DNA of 45,318 bases from Armatimonadota bacterium (lineage in GTDB: Bacteria; Armatimonadota; Zipacnadia; Zipacnadales; UBA5352). The notes beneath the pieces were generated by a model. That model searched no databases, was not told the origin of the DNA, and was given only the letters and a program-made list of their open reading frames with translations. This document shows, one piece after another, positions 44,401-45,318 of this stretch (its first letter is position 1; each line of letters begins with the position of its first letter). The stretch spans positions 1 through 45,318 of the forward strand of contig JAYENL010000069.1 in assembly GCA_034722055.1 (NCBI GenBank). The letters run 5' to 3'. Made by a program: the position numbers and the translations under genes.

Positions 44401-45119
44401 GCCAGGTCCTGCACCAGGTGACAGGCCCATCCCAGGTAGAACAGGGCGGTTCCCAGAGATCCCCGCTGGAACTCACACTTGCCCTGTCTGAAGGCCTGTT
44501 GGCCGAGATCGTACTTCTGCTGGCACAGCGTCGCGGCGGAGCCGTACTGACTCCGCAGCGATGGATCGAAGTCGAAGTCGATGTCGGCGAGGCTGAAGGT
44601 GTAGGAGCGGAGGGCGTACATGGTCAGGAACTTGACGAAGCCGTCGAGGAAGCTGCTCCAGCCCGCGACGTCGGAGAGGTCCAGACCCTCATTGCCCTGG
44701 CCCTCGCGATCGGGATTGTAGTAGTGCTCCCGCCCGGCCAGAGGATAGCTGGTCTCGTAGAGGTTCTTGCTGATGATGCCCCAGAACAGCTCGAGCTGCA
44801 CCCGGATGTAGCCGCGGCCCATGCAGTGGTCGGCGTAGCGGGCGCCGTCGGCGAGGTCCTGCAGGTGCTGTTCGGCGAGGTCCGCCCAGTTGGTCTTGCC
44901 ATCATTGCGCAGAATCTCGATGGCGTGCTCGAAGATGTAGACATGAGGGCTCTGGTGGCACTGCTGGCCCGCCTCGTGGTTGATGTCGGCATCAGTGGGG
45001 GTGTCGCCGGGGCCGGTGTTCCAGCCGAGCGAGGGGGCGGCCGGCAGGAGCAGTGCGGCGGTCACCAGCAGGAGCAGGAAGACATTGTCAGATGGGGCTC
45101 TCAGGTCCGGGCTCGTCAT
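41451..45119 (-). CDS. Secreted multidomain protein: Zn-dependent phospholipase C/P1-nuclease fold, Q/P-rich linkers, Ig-like segment and two concanavalin-like (DUF1080-like) domains
   Basis: Signal peptide ends at Trp (SLG|WNTG); H..I, YAD, HYYNP, LGWACHLVQD...P.H and HQEYE motifs; duplicated C-terminal domain. RBS GAGGAGGAG. Confidence 0.75.
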   Translation of the reverse strand: MTSPDLRAPSDNVFLLLLVTAALLLPAAPSLGWNTGPGDTPTDADINHEAGQQCHQSPHVYIFEHAIEILRNDGKTNWADLAEQHLQDLADGARYADHCMGRGYIRVQLELFWGIISKNLYETSYPLAGREHYYNPDREGQGNEGLDLSDVAGWSSFLDGFVKFLTMYALRSYTFSLADIDFDFDPSLRSQYGSAATLCQQKYDLGQQAFRQGKCEFQRGSLGTALFYLGWACHLVQDLAVPNHTQDSYLSNHQEYEDFADGKGGQPGLHGTSGGYNFGMRAYDYAAGCAKIGHQPNLFATVKAGNRSQWTSVLQPSLPAAERYTAGLIAKFMNELQIPAQTPPATFVTKWSNAPGGNALPGVYIFYRRDGETKWNLIRSDANGRFSLSCPAGVKFWIRPAMPGYSFHGSTQVATDDVLAGQCPIPYTQRAGVLAGTQGAIVMQRLPGPQMQVPNLTMPGMAGASLLRVPPEQMTMAQTGQVQLAARPPQATILRPGMNLTQSGTVVEDGLEEEIRRAAIDVTSSSHVLGVTNSGTGLPASAQVTVQVYELMSLLNAQVISSGNQLVQTVDGARAQTMQVAMAATQQGARQPAAAQQAGAGQALVNPATFQTWQTIRNRLATRQVMGGDNQQHQAFVIPGDDSSHFSGHRLLQNGIVPVPSLQGCQITVTPVSGYGYLSCTTPSLSLQTDASGRASFIVLAGNRPGKLRLKLTVNCPNLTFLQPEAFAEFVIHPALQGGDQGAPSPPSLMVPQMMAGVAQVIGGQPQVLQIARPLGGVERVRVRVDANHLYSLAQQQAAVLGAGRAGAVAQPPTLPIQEVPLQPTQPLQPTQPMQPGQPIQPQQPVQPSGAGRSETFDGQPQGWELIEGATIEAGALSLNTPGQAIWLIEPTAQPLLSFRYQQGQGPGTIGLCMSGEPPQNQEYEVMLFPGEVVAVRHQRGQTQELGGAQASLQPGAWTNVGIQIAQGSIQVSIGGQQVLSARDPNPLGPGIIRFGAHEGGGAAYDDIRLQSGGAAMVGGGTGGQPVAGVPAGGDQHPPAGRQPVLTPIQTGGRTLTESFDGQPQPGWELPPTAAVANGALTFSGPGHAFWVAAQARDFTLRFRYRPGSGEAGLILCASGEPPHDQSYQLVMVPGLMALERISAGQEQHLGDGQVSWQQGQWHTITVQAAGGRIQVTVGAQQVLSAVDPQPLPPGAFGFGQLVGSGAAYDDINITISGAAGP
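42622..42657. repeat. Intragenic 18-bp tandem repeat (2 exact copies) encoding LQPTQP
   Basis: GGCTGAGTAGGCTGCAGC twice, inside a longer QP-rich linker. Confidence 0.85.
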
Positions 45120-45318
45120 CGCGACTCCTCCTCGCGCTCTCGTGGGGGGCCTGTGTCCCGCCAGATTGTGCCGGGCTCTCACCCCGCGCGTCCCAGCACC
45201 TGTGTGGGCGCAGCATCCGACGCCATATACCCCCTTCGCCCCGCACGCTTCAATGGTTACAGACGCGGGGCGGCAGCGTCGGGATGTGCCCTCGGGTCCG
45301 GCAGTTGCCTGACGGAGG

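Overview
GC-rich (roughly 68-70% by eye) bacterial chromosomal segment; the gene mix resembles Armatimonadota or PVC-group genomes (inference only). Left to right it holds: a minus-strand acetoacetyl-CoA operon (thiolase, 3-hydroxybutyryl-CoA dehydrogenase, PhaB/FabG-type reductase, and the first 19 codons of a probable CoA-transferase running off the window edge); a GT87-like membrane glycosyltransferase; and many large, mostly secreted, poorly characterised glycan-active proteins (heparinase II/III-like, two LamG-fused proteins, a beta-propeller hydrolase, a TIM-barrel with beta-galactosidase trimerisation domain, a BNR sialidase-like protein, a double beta-helix protein, a GH36-like protein). 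It also encodes a PHP/DUF3604-like metallohydrolase, three amidohydrolases, a PD40-repeat protein, a TIGR04076 protein behind a good sigma-54 promoter match, a low-GC methyltransferase, an ABC-like ATPase, a class III aminotransferase, a pyrrolysine-free MttB homologue, a Gfo/Idh/MocA and aldo-keto reductase pair, and a ~1220-aa secreted Zn-phospholipase C/P1-nuclease-fold multidomain protein. I saw no rRNA, tRNA, CRISPR array or intact transposase. The best candidates for something undescribed are a composite GTAG-hairpin element bounded by inverted repeats and present at three intergenic sites (~23.3, ~28.4, ~36.6 kb), the multidomain Zn-PLC protein, and two N-terminal gene stubs that each precede a LamG gene. 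All family calls come from motif recognition; no database searches were run.
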